Assembly: GCA_049840735.1 (NCBI GenBank)
Contig: JASGJN010000017.1
Coordinates: 1-64,000 of the forward strand
Length of the DNA: 64,000 bases
From: Anaeromyxobacter sp.
Lineage (GTDB): Bacteria; Myxococcota; Myxococcia; Myxococcales; Anaeromyxobacteraceae
Reading direction: 5' to 3'
The notes under the pieces were generated by a model, which saw nothing but the letters and a program-made list of their open reading frames with translations, ran no database searches and was not told the origin of the DNA. This document shows positions 1 through 11,787 of this stretch, piece after piece. Made by a program: the position numbers and the translations under genes. The stretch's first letter is position 1; each line of letters begins with the position of its first letter.

Positions 1-881
1 GGCCTGCTCGGGCTCGCGCTCTTCGCCCTTATTGGAGACCCCGTCTCCGCGTCCTCAACACGCGGGACAGGGCGCTGCGCTACCAGGCGGAGCGCGACCG
101 GCTGGTGCGGGAGTTCACCGAGCGCGCCGCGCTGTCGCGGGCCATGCCCGCCGACGCGGGGACGGCCTGGGCCGACGAGGCCAACGCGCTGGTGCGCGGC
201 CACCTGGCGGCGCTGGAGGAGCTGCGCGCCCGCACCCCGGGCCAGCCGGCGCCGCTGGGCGCGGTGGAGGCGACCGCGGCCGAGCGAAACGGGCAAGCTC
301 GATCCCAAGGTAAAGGAGGAGCTGGAGATCGCCCAGGCCTACGCCGACGAGCGGTTCGCGCCGCTCGCGACGGCAAGTACGCCCCGCAGGCCTCGGCCGT
401 TGCGGGCGGGCTCCGCCTCGACCTCTCGCCGCTGCAGACCGGGGTCTCCCCGGCTGGCCACCCCGGGCTGCGGGTTGACTTCGCGCTCTGGCGCGCGCCG
501 CGCCTGGTGAACCGCGAGGCCTCGGGCGAGGGGACGCAACGACCTGGGTCTGCGTCGCGGTCTCGCTCGCCGACCCTGGCGATGCGCTTCCTCAAGGCGG
601 ACGGCACCGAGTTCGCGCGGATGGACGGGCCCGGCGAGCCGTACATCAAGCTGGCAGACCCGGAGCGGTTCGTGCAGGACTTCCCGCCGGGGCTGCTGGT
701 GGGGACCTGGTGGCTGCCGCTCCTGCCCCGCGACGCCGAGAAGGTGGAGCTGACCGTGGACGCCGACGTCCGCGGGGCCTCCGGCGGCAACCGCCCGGCC
801 GTCTTCACCGTCACGCTCCCGGTGCAGGAGGGGTGGCGGGCGCCGCCGGGCACCGAGGCGGCCGGCCCGGCGGGGCGCTGA
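1..881 (+). CDS. Hypothetical protein with N-terminal hydrophobic segment; 5'-truncated by the window, several apparent indels
   Basis: Coding-like GC3 pattern switches frame several times (GLLGLALFAL.. / ..REFTERAALSRAM.. / ..MDGPGEPYIKLADPERFVQDFPPG..); ends at TGA 879-881 next to the following gene. Confidence 0.5.
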   Translation, partial: PARARALRPYWRPRLRVLNTRDRALRYQAERDRLVREFTERAALSRAMPADAGTAWADEANALVRGHLAALEELRARTPGQPAPLGAVEATAAERNGQARSQGKGGAGDRPGLRRRAVRAARDGKYAPQASAVAGGLRLDLSPLQTGVSPAGHPGLRVDFALWRAPRLVNREASGEGTQRPGSASRSRSPTLAMRFLKADGTEFARMDGPGEPYIKLADPERFVQDFPPGLLVGTWWLPLLPRDAEKVELTVDADVRGASGGNRPAVFTVTLPVQEGWRAPPGTEAAGPAGR

Positions 882-883
882 GC

Positions 884-2342
884 GTGGCTCCGCGCAAGCC
901 GGCGGGCGGGGCGGGCAAGGGCGGGAAGGCCCGCGCGAAGAAGGCCGCCGCGAAGGGGGCGCCGGAGGGCCAGCCCGAGGCCGCGGCGAAGAAGGGGCCG
1001 GCAGCGAAGAAGAAGGCGCTCGCTGCGACGAAGGCACCGCGCCGGCCCAGCGCGCGGCGCGCGGCCGAGCTGGCTCTGCTGGCCAGGGAGCTCCCGCCGT
1101 CGCGGGCGCTGCCCTCGCCGGACGGCGACGCGCCGCTGCACGAGCTGGCGCGCGATTCCGCTCTCGGCGCTGCTCTACGTCAGCCTGCTGCCGGACGAGA
1201 CCCGGGCCATCGTGAAGGAGCTGGGCGTCTCGGTGCCGGGCTTCCGCACCGAGGCGCTCTCCGACGTCGAGCGCTGCGACGTGCTGGCGGACGAGCTCCG
1301 CGCCTCCCCGGCGCTGCGCGGCCGCGTGCTGGAGCGGTGGGCCAAGGCCTTCCTGCGGCCGGCGCTGATCGAGACGCCGCTCGACCCGGTCGGCGCCGAC
1401 GACCTCCTGGCGGTGGGCACGCTGGACCACGGGATGGAGCTGGCGCTCTGGCGCGTGCTGGGGGATCCGGACCCGGCCGTCCGCGCCCGGGCGCTGCCGG
1501 TGCTGGACGACCTGGTGAAGCAGTACTACGCGCCGCCGCCGGCGGGGGGCGCGGCGGCCGCGCCGGAGCCGGCGCGCGAGCAGGCCGTGGCCCTGGCGGC
1601 CGCGCAGGCCCGCGTCACCGAGCTGGAGCGGGAGCTGGCGCGAGCCGAGGAGCGGGTGGCCTCGGCGCGCAGGAAGGGCGAGGAGGGGAAGCAGAAGCTG
1701 CAGGAGTGGCTGCACGAGGCGAGGGCGCGGGCCGCGCAGGCGGTGGACGAGGCGGCGCGGGCGCGCGAGGCGGCCGAGGAGGCCGGGCGGGCGCGGCAGC
1801 GGGCCGAGGAGGCCCTGGCGGCGCCGCGGGCCACCGACGCGGCCGCGGAGGCGCAGCGGGCCCGGGCGGAGGCGCGCGAGCAGGAGGCGCGGGCGGGGTC
1901 GCTGGAGGCCCGGCTGGCGCGCCTGCAGGAGCGCGAGGCCGAGCTGGAGGCGGCCCTCCGGGAGGCGGCGGCCCGCGGGGAGCGCGACGCGCCCGAGCGC
2001 GCCGCCGCGCCGGCGCCGGAGGGGGACGAGCCCGAGGAGGCGCCGGCCTCCTGGCTCATGCCGGTCTACACCCGCGAGTTCTACGACTCGCTGGACGGGT
2101 GGGACCGGCGCATCCAGCGCGCGGCCTTCAAGCAGGCCCACCTCCTGGCGCAGGATCACCGGCACCCCAGCCTGCGTGCGCTGCCGCTCGAGGGGCTGCC
2201 CGGCTACTACCGCGTGCGGGTCGCGACCGACGTCCGGCTGCTCTACCGGCGGAGCGAGCGGCAGAACACGGTCGAGATCCTGTCCCTGATCGACCGCGAG
2301 GACCTGGACCGCTACGTCCGGCAGGCCAAGACGCGCCAGTGA
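884..2342 (+). CDS. Lys/Ala-rich N-terminus + long coiled coil + C-terminal RelE/ParE-like domain (frameshift near 1150-1200)
   Basis: GTG 884 (APRKPAGGAGKGGKARAKKAAAK..) joins ORF 1212-2342; EAR-rich coiled coil; C-terminus PVYTREFYDSL..HPSLRALPLEGLPGYYRVRVATDVRLLYRR..VEILSLIDREDL fits the RelE/ParE pattern. Confidence 0.7.
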
Positions 2343-2426
2343 ACGACACGCGGCCCGCGCCCCGGCCGAAGCCAGGTGCGCGGGCCGCGCCATCCCCCCC
2401 CGCTCCCACCTCGACGCCCTGCTGCT

Positions 2427-2461
2427 GGCCTCAGGCTTCGGGCCTCGGGCCTCGGGCCTCG
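2427..2461. repeat. Heptamer tandem repeat, (GGCCTCG)x5 with two variant units
   Basis: GGCCTCA GGCTTCG GGCCTCG GGCCTCG GGCCTCG between convergent genes. Confidence 0.7.
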
Positions 2462-2733
2462 GGAGAGGCTGCGGCCCACCCCGAGACCAGCCCCCCCCTC
2501 GCTACTCGACCTCGTTCAGGTCGATCTGCCCCTCCCGGCTGGGCCTCACCTGCCGGTGCGGCCGGCTTGCGCCCCCGCCGGCTGCGCGGCGGACGCTGCT
2601 CGGCCAGCGACAGCTCCTTCCCTGCGGCGAGCAGGCGCGACCACGCTTCGGGCGTGGGGCTGCTGCGCGCCGCCTCGAGCGCCGCGCGGTACGCGACGCG
2701 CGCTGCCTCGAGCCGTGTATCGACCTTCGCCAT
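2431..2733 (-). CDS. Small hypothetical protein; true end may be TAG at 2502 if there is an indel near 2535
   Basis: ATG with upstream GGAGG; helical N-terminus MAKVDTRLEAARVAYRAALEAARSSPTPEAWSRLLAAGKEL; alternative frame ends QIDLNEVE*. Confidence 0.5.
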   Translation of the reverse strand: MAKVDTRLEAARVAYRAALEAARSSPTPEAWSRLLAAGKELSLAEQRPPRSRRGRKPAAPAGEAQPGGADRPERGRVARGGLVSGWAAASPEARGPRPEA

Positions 2734-2932
2734 GGACAGCCTCCGGGTGTCCGCGGATTCCGTCAGGACCCGGGAAGCAAGATAGGCGCCGATGGCTGCG
2801 GAGGTAAGCCGAGCGCCGACCTGTCGCGAGGGGTAGGACCCACTCGCTCCACGAGCGCCCGGGCGGGCATGCCGGAGGGTGAAGGGTCGACCGGGAGATC
2901 GGCCGGAGGACGGGGAGGGGAGCGGCCGCCGC

Positions 2933-3613
2933 TCAGGCGAGCTTGCGGTACACGCCCACCACCACGCCCAGGATCATGGTGCTGCGGAAGTCGGACTCCC
3001 GCACGTAGATGGGCGCCATGCGCGGGTTGGAGGGCTGGAACCGCACGCGGTCGCCCTCGAAGTAGACCCGCTTCACCGTGGCCTCCTCGTCGATCATCGC
3101 GACCACGATCTCGCCGTCCTGGGCGTGGAGCTGCTTCTTCACGAAGACGTAGTCGCCGGGGAGGATGCCGTCCCCGATCATCGAGTCGCCCTGCACGCGC
3201 AGGCCGTAGACCTTCTTGTTGGTGCCGAGCAGGAACGAGTCCACCTGCACGGTGTCCTCGACCCGCTCCTGCGCCAGGATGGGCTGGCCGGCGGCCACGC
3301 GGCCGATGATGGGGATCTCCACCATGCGCGCGCCGGACTTGCCCGCGCCGCGGAGGATGGGGACCACGTTGGACGGCGCGTCACCCAGCACCTCGCGCGC
3401 GGCGGAGGTGGGGATGAGCGCGCGGGACTTGACCGGATCGCGCGAGAGGAAGCCCTTGCGCTCCAGCGCCTTCAGGTGATCGTTGACGCCGTTGGTGGAC
3501 CGGATGTCCAGCGCCTCGCCGATCTCGCGGATGGTGGGCGGGTAGCCGTTGTCCTCGATCTGCCGGGCGATGAAGCGCAGCACCTCGAGCTGGCGGTCGG
3601 TCAGGGCGTCCAT
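2933..3613 (-). CDS. lexA: SOS repressor LexA
   Basis: [22 protein letters not shown] wHTH; IGRVAAG cleavage site; V.GDSM and TVKR Ser/Lys dyad. Confidence 0.97.
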   Translation of the reverse strand: MDALTDRQLEVLRFIARQIEDNGYPPTIREIGEALDIRSTNGVNDHLKALERKGFLSRDPVKSRALIPTSAAREVLGDAPSNVVPILRGAGKSGARMVEIPIIGRVAAGQPILAQERVEDTVQVDSFLLGTNKKVYGLRVQGDSMIGDGILPGDYVFVKKQLHAQDGEIVVAMIDEEATVKRVYFEGDRVRFQPSNPRMAPIYVRESDFRSTMILGVVVGVYRKLA

Positions 3614-3622
3614 GGAAGCCTC

Positions 3623-3653
3623 CTGAACATCGGTATACTGTGACGATGTTCAG
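3623..3653. promoter_or_regulatory. Probable LexA autoregulatory operator (two opposed GTTCAG-type boxes)
   Basis: CTGAACATCG-N11-CGATGTTCAG perfect 10-bp inverted repeat 10 bp upstream of lexA; CTGTGACGATGTTCAG resembles the Myxococcus CTR-N7-GTTCAG box. Confidence 0.8.
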
Positions 3654-3739
3654 AGCGCAAGGATCCGACCTTGGCCAGGAGGGGCCTCGCGGTGGGGGAA
3701 ACGGTTGCTGCACGCAGGAACGACCGCTAGGGTCGGCCC

Positions 3740-4639
3740 GTGCCCCCCAGCCTCGGCTCCGCCCTCTCGCTCTCCCTCTCCGCGCTGCGCGGCGAGGCCT
3801 GGCTGGCCGCGCCCGGCCTGCTGGTGGCCTGGCTGCGGCGCGCGCTGCGCTGGCCGGCGCTGGCGGTCGCGGTGGCGCTGGTGATGCGCGCCGCGGTCGA
3901 TGGCGCGCGGGCCGCGCCGCTCGATCTCCTGGCGCCGCTGGAGGCGGCCGCGGCGGCCCTGACCGCGCCGCGCTTCATCGGCCTGGTGGGCGGCCTCTGG
4001 CTGGCCGGGCTCGCCACCGCCGGCGCGCTGCGGGTGGCCTGGATCGCCGGCGCGCTGCCGGTGCTGGGCGCGCGCATGGCCGGACAGCCCACCGGCGCGG
4101 CCGGGTTCGCCGGGGCCATGACCGGCGGGTTCCCGCGGGTGCTGGCCAGCGCGCTGCTGGCGTTCGTGATGGAGCTGGCCGGCGGGGGCTTCGCGCTGGC
4201 GCTGCTCTGGGGCGCGGCGCGGATCATCGGCGAGGCGGCTGGCGGCGGCGGGGCGCCGGGCCTGGCCGCGGCGGTGGCCCTGGCGCTCACGCTGGCGCTG
4301 GCCGTGCCGGCGGCGCTCTCGACGCTGGCCGACGCGGCGGTCTCCCGGGCGGCGGTGCTGGGCGAGTGGCCCGCCGCCGCGCTGGCGGCCGCCACGCGCC
4401 GCTTCCTGCTGCGCCCCGGCACGTTCCTGCTGGGCGGGCTCGGCTTCGGCGCGGTGGCCCTGCTGCTCCCGGCCCTGGTCGAGTCGATGGGCGGGCTGGC
4501 TGGCCCGGGCCTCCCGACCGCCGTGGCGCTGGGGCCGAAGCTGATGCTGGCCACGGCGGCGCTGGTGGTGGGGGCGGCCGTGGAGCTGGCCTGGCTCGGC
4601 ACGGTGGCGGCGCTGGCCTGCGGGCAGGACCGGGGCTGA
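3740..4639 (+). CDS. Polytopic membrane protein, unknown function
   Basis: 299-aa ORF with multiple hydrophobic helices. Confidence 0.65.
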   Translation: MPPSLGSALSLSLSALRGEAWLAAPGLLVAWLRRALRWPALAVAVALVMRAAVDGARAAPLDLLAPLEAAAAALTAPRFIGLVGGLWLAGLATAGALRVAWIAGALPVLGARMAGQPTGAAGFAGAMTGGFPRVLASALLAFVMELAGGGFALALLWGAARIIGEAAGGGGAPGLAAAVALALTLALAVPAALSTLADAAVSRAAVLGEWPAAALAAATRRFLLRPGTFLLGGLGFGAVALLLPALVESMGGLAGPGLPTAVALGPKLMLATAALVVGAAVELAWLGTVAALACGQDRG

Positions 4640-4682
4640 GGGCGCGCGGCGCAGCCCGCCCAGCAGGTCGCCGGACGGCCGC

Positions 4683-6361
4683 TCAGCGCCGCAGGAACCG
4701 CCGCACCGAGATCTTCCGGAGCCGCTGCGTGGCCGCGTGGAAGACGGCCGCGGCGCCGGCCAGCAGCGCGCCCGCGCCCAGGGCCGCCCAGGCGATCACG
4801 GCGTGGCCGCCCGAGGCCAGCACCACCAGCCCGCCCACCACCAGGCCGGAGGAGAGCATGCCCAGGAAGAGCAGCGCCGCCAGCGCGCGCACCTGGCCGG
4901 CCAGCCGGTCGATGGCGTCGGAGGCGACGTTGACCCGGAACTTGCCGCCCTCCAGGTCGAGCAGGATCTGCGAGAGCTGGCTGGGCACGTCCTCGGCCAG
5001 CCCCTGCAGCTTGAGCAGCGACTTCATGAGCACGCTGGACGCGTCGCCCGGGTTGAAGCGCGAGAGGAGCAGCTCCTTGGCGTAGGGCAGCCCCACCTCC
5101 AGCACGTCGAGCTTCGGGTGCAGCCGGCGCACGATCCCCTCGATGGCGATGGAGGCCCTGGCCAGCACCGCGTACTCCTTGGGCACGCGGATGCGGTGGC
5201 GGACGGCCAGGTCGAGCAGGTCGCGCAGCAGCGTGGCGGTCCGGAATCTCGTCCAGCTTGAGCCCCAGGTAGCGATCGAGGATGCCGCGCACGTCCTCGC
5301 GCAGCTCGGCGATGGGCGTGTGCGACTCGGGCACGCCCACCCGGTGGAGCACGCGCGCCACCGTCTCCGGGTCGCGCAGCGCCACCGCCACGATCATGGT
5401 GACCAGCGCCTCCTGCTGCACCCGGCTGATCCGGCCCACCAGGCCGAAGTCGAGCAGGGCGATCCGGTTGTCCGGCAGGACCAGGATGTTCCCCGGGTGC
5501 GGATCGCCGTGAAAGAGCCCGTCCTCGAAGAGCTGCCGGAAGGCGGCCTCGATCACGTGGCGGGCCACCTTCTCGCAGTCGTAGCCGGCCTCGGCGGTGA
5601 TGTCCGAGACCTTCACGCCCTCCACGTAGTCGAGCGTGAGGACGGTGGCGCAGGAGAGGGCGGCGTGCACGCGCGGGATGAGCAGGAAGGTCCGCCCGTG
5701 CGAGGCGTCGGCCATCAGCTGGGCGTTGCGCGCCTCGTGGCCGAAGTCGAGCTCCTCGTGGATGGTCCGGTCGAACTCCTCGATCAGGCCGGTGGGGGTG
5801 GTGATGCCGGTCTCCTCCACCACCGCCTCCAGCAGCTTGGCGAAGTCGTAGAGCAGCCCCAGGTCGGACTCGATCTGGTCCTGGATGTCCGGGCGCTGGA
5901 CCTTCACGACCACCTGCTCGCCGGCGTGGGTGACCGCCCGGTGCACCTGCGCGATGGAGGCGCTGGCCAGCGGCGTCTCGTCCAGCGACGCGAACAGCTC
6001 GGAGACCGGCTGCCCCAGCCCGCGCTCGATTCTCGCGCCGGATCTGGGCCAGGGGCATGGGCGGGCAGTCGTCCTGGAGCGACTCCAGCTCCTCCACCCA
6101 GTGGGCCGGCAGCACGTCCGGCCGGGAAGAGAGGAGCTGGCCCAGCTTGATGAAGGTCGGCCCCAGCTCGGCCAGCATGGTGCGGAAGCGGGCGGCGGTC
6201 TTGCCGTCGGGCGGCGGCAGCGGCTGGCCCGGGGGCGGCGCCTCGCGCCCCAGCACGTCCCGCAGCCGCATCCGCTCCAGGTACGCCCCGAACCCGTGGC
6301 GCACCATGGCGGACGCGATCTGTCGGAACCGGTTGAGGTCCTGGAAGGCGCGACCGAGCAT
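4683..6361 (-). CDS. ABC1/AarF/UbiB-family atypical protein kinase (frameshifts near 6030 and 5246)
   Basis: LGPTFIKLGQLLSSRPD, PLASASIAQVHRA, VKVQRP, ELDF, FHGDPHPGN, LLDFG motifs across three frames; two C-terminal TM helices. Confidence 0.92.
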
Positions 6362-6520
6362 GAGGCCCGGACTGTAGCATCGACGGTTCGGGGGTGGCCA
6401 CGCGCGCGTGCAAGGCGGGGCCGGGCTGCGGTAGAACGTTCGCCCATCGCGCCAGCCCCACGGCCGGCCGGGGCCCCCGCCCCGGTCCCAGGGCAGGCCT
6501 CGGGAGGAGCCCGCACCGAC

Positions 6521-9166
<2,646 letters not shown>

Positions 9167-9183
9167 GGGGGAGCGCAGGCCCC

Positions 9184-9215
9184 AAAAAGCAGAGGGGCCG
9201 GTCGCCCGGCCCCTC
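9184..9215 (-). terminator. Rho-independent terminator of the cytochrome gene (hairpin between convergent genes)
   Basis: GAGGGGCCGG-TCGC-CCGGCCCCTC hairpin, with AAAAA at 9184-9188 giving a U-tract on the minus strand. Confidence 0.75.
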
Positions 9216-9241
9216 CCACACGGCTTCACGCTGGAAGGCGG

Positions 9242-9529
9242 TTACGCCTTCTTGTGGCACTCGGCGCACTTCTGGGGGGCCTTGCCGCCCTCCTTCTTGT
9301 GGCACTCGAGGCAGAGCGCGTGGCCCGTGTCCTTGGTCAGGCCGAGCTTGCTGCCCTCGGGCTTGCCGGCGTGGCAGGTCTCACACTTCACCGCCTTGTG
9401 GACGTCGTGCTTGAAGGTGATGTTGCCGGGCTTGGCCGGGAGGACGATCGGGGCGGCGGGGGCGGCGGCGTAGGCGACGCCGGCGAAGGCGACGGCCACG
9501 GCGGCGAACAGCGCAGAGTACTTGGTCAC
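9242..9529 (-). CDS. Periplasmic triheme cytochrome c7 (PpcA-like)
   Basis: GTG start with GGAG RBS; signal peptide; GNITFKHDVH; three CxxCH motifs (CETCH, CLECH, CAECH). Confidence 0.9.
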   Translation of the reverse strand: MTKYSALFAAVAVAFAGVAYAAAPAAPIVLPAKPGNITFKHDVHKAVKCETCHAGKPEGSKLGLTKDTGHALCLECHKKEGGKAPQKCAECHKKA

Positions 9530-9582
9530 GTGCGTGCTCCTGAATCTGGGGCGGACCAGCCCGCCCGGTGGAGTGACGCGAC

Positions 9583-9610
9583 ACTCTAGCCGATATTCAG
9601 GGTCGGGCAA
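9583..9610 (-). promoter_or_regulatory. Putative sigma70 promoter of the cytochrome c7 gene
   Basis: TTGCCC-N16-TAGAGT on the minus strand about 55 bp upstream of the start. Confidence 0.4.
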
Positions 9611-9713
9611 TCTCGCCGCACCCGCGTCCCGATCGGCTGCTTCGCGGGACAAAGTCGCAATCCGCCGCCGAAAATTGGACCGCGATATCGAGCTCGGGGA
9701 GAGTCCAGATCCC

Positions 9714-11654
9714 ATGGGCCGCGCGAAGTCCGCCGTGTTGCTGCTCCTGCTCGCGCTGGCTCCCCAGCCCGCGGTCGCCGCGTCGCGTCAGGCGCGCTCG
9801 AGCGCCCACGCCGCGGCTCCGGCGCGCCCTCCGCCCGCCCGCTCCAGGTCGGCGCTCTCCCAGGCCAAGACGGCCTACGCCGCGCTGCTGCGCGACAAGA
9901 CCAAGCGCCGCTACCGGCACAACTGGGAGCGGGCCATCGCGGCCTTCGAGCGGGCGGCCCGCGGCAGCGACACCGGGCCGGCGCTGCTGGAGGCGGCCCG
10001 GGCGCGCTACGCGCTCTACCGCTGGTCGGCCGACGAGGCCGATCGCGATCAGGCCCTCCGCCTGGCCAACCGGGCGGCCAAGCACGGCGCGCAGGAGGGG
10101 CGCGCGCTGGCCGCCGCCATCCGCCGCGAGGCCGGCGACGACCGCCCCGCGCCCCCGCCGCCCGCGCGCAGGCCTCCTCCGTCGCGCTCCGCCGTCGCCC
10201 ACGCCCCCGCGCCCAGCCCGCCGCCCGCGGCGGCCCCCGAGCCGGAGCCGGACGCCGCCGAGGAGGACCCGGCGCTGCTGGCCGCGCTCCAGGCGCCCGA
10301 CGTCGAGGTGGAGCCGCTGGCCATGGGCCTCTCCAGCGGCGAGGGGTCGGCCACGGTGACCGAGGTCCGGGCCTGGTCGAGCCCCGGGTACACGCGCGTC
10401 GCCATCTACCTCTCGCACTGGGTGGGCTGGCAGAAGCACGAGCTGGCCGCCGGCGGCGACCGCCCGCGCCGGCTGGCCCTGGATCTGCGCCCGGCGGTGC
10501 TGGTGGGGCGCACGCTGCAGCGCGACGTGGGCGGCGATCAGGTGGCGCGGGTGCGCGCGGCGCAGAACGATCGCGACACCGTCCGCGTGGTGCTCGACCT
10601 GGCCGGCCGGGACAAGGTGACGGCCTTCCAGCTCGACGACCCGCCGCGGCTGGTGCTGGACGTGGGCGCTCCGGTGCCCCGCGAGCCGCCGGCCCTGGCC
10701 GCGGCCCCCGCCGCGCCCGGCGCGGCTGCGCCGGCGGACGGGAGCGGCGCCGCCGTCGCGGGCGTGACCGCCGCCAGCGGGCCGGTGCCGGCGGCCGAGG
10801 TGCCGGCCCCGACCCCCGCGCTGACCGCGGGCGGGACCGACACGGTGGTGACGCTCCCGCCGCGCGTGCTGGCCGCCCTGGCCGATGTGCCCGGCCCGGC
10901 GCCAGCCGCCGCGGCGCAGCCCGAGCCGGCCGCGCTGGAGGTGTCGCCGCCGGCCCTGGAGGGCGAGCGGACCATCCGGCGCGTGGTGGTGGACGCCGGC
11001 CACGGCGGCCACGATCCCGGCGCCATCGGCCCCAGCCGCGTGCGTGAGAAGGACGTGACGCTGGCCATCGCCCGCCGGCTGGCGCGCAAGCTGCGCGCGG
11101 CCGGCTTCGAGGTGGTGCTGACCCGCGACGGCGATCGGTACCTGGCGCTGGAGGAGCGGACCGCGCTCGCCAACACCGCCCGCGGCGACCTCTTCGTCTC
11201 CATCCACGCCAACGCCCACCCGCGGCGCACCATGAGCGGCGTGGAGACCTACTTCCTCAACGTCACCGACGACCGCTACGCCCGCCGGCTGGCCGCCCGC
11301 GAGAACGGCGTGGACATGGGCGCCCAGGGCGAGGTGGCCCGCATCCTCACCGACCTGGACGCCAAGGCCAGCGCCGACGCCAGCCAGCAGCTGGCGCGGC
11401 AGGTCCAGCGCGAGGTCTGCAGCGGGGTGCGCGCCGGCGTGGGGGACGTGAAGGACCTGGGCGTCAAGAACGCGCTCTTCTACGTGCTGCTGGGCGCGCG
11501 GATGCCGGCGGTGCTGGTGGAGACCGGGTTCATCTCCAACAAGGTCGAGGAGAAGCGGCTGGCCTCGGCCGAGTACCAGGAGCGGGTGGCGAGCGGCGTC
11601 ACGCGCGCGGTGGTCAGCTTCGCGCGCAGCGCGCCGCGCATCGCCACCAACTGA
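9714..11654 (+). CDS. N-acetylmuramoyl-L-alanine amidase (AMIN + Amidase_3, AmiC-like)
   Basis: Signal peptide; VRVVLDL/PPRLVLDV AMIN segments; VVVDAGHGGHDPGAIG, EKDVTL, FVSIHANA, PAVLVETGFISN. Confidence 0.95.
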   Translation: MGRAKSAVLLLLLALAPQPAVAASRQARSSAHAAAPARPPPARSRSALSQAKTAYAALLRDKTKRRYRHNWERAIAAFERAARGSDTGPALLEAARARYALYRWSADEADRDQALRLANRAAKHGAQEGRALAAAIRREAGDDRPAPPPPARRPPPSRSAVAHAPAPSPPPAAAPEPEPDAAEEDPALLAALQAPDVEVEPLAMGLSSGEGSATVTEVRAWSSPGYTRVAIYLSHWVGWQKHELAAGGDRPRRLALDLRPAVLVGRTLQRDVGGDQVARVRAAQNDRDTVRVVLDLAGRDKVTAFQLDDPPRLVLDVGAPVPREPPALAAAPAAPGAAAPADGSGAAVAGVTAASGPVPAAEVPAPTPALTAGGTDTVVTLPPRVLAALADVPGPAPAAAAQPEPAALEVSPPALEGERTIRRVVVDAGHGGHDPGAIGPSRVREKDVTLAIARRLARKLRAAGFEVVLTRDGDRYLALEERTALANTARGDLFVSIHANAHPRRTMSGVETYFLNVTDDRYARRLAARENGVDMGAQGEVARILTDLDAKASADASQQLARQVQREVCSGVRAGVGDVKDLGVKNALFYVLLGARMPAVLVETGFISNKVEEKRLASAEYQERVASGVTRAVVSFARSAPRIATN

Positions 11655-11787
11655 CCTGGCGACCGGTAGGCCTCGAGGCCTCTGCAGCGGCGCGGCCCCG
11701 CCGACCTCCGGATCCGCAGTCAAAAAGGGCCTCGCCGCCGGAGGCGGCTCGGCAGTGGAGGGGCCTGGCCGTTATACTCGGGGCCCG

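Noticed and set aside
9590..9600. CCGATATTCAG in the cytochrome c7 promoter, similar to half of the lexA operator
   Set aside because: Only a half-site match with no correctly spaced CTG partner; too weak to call
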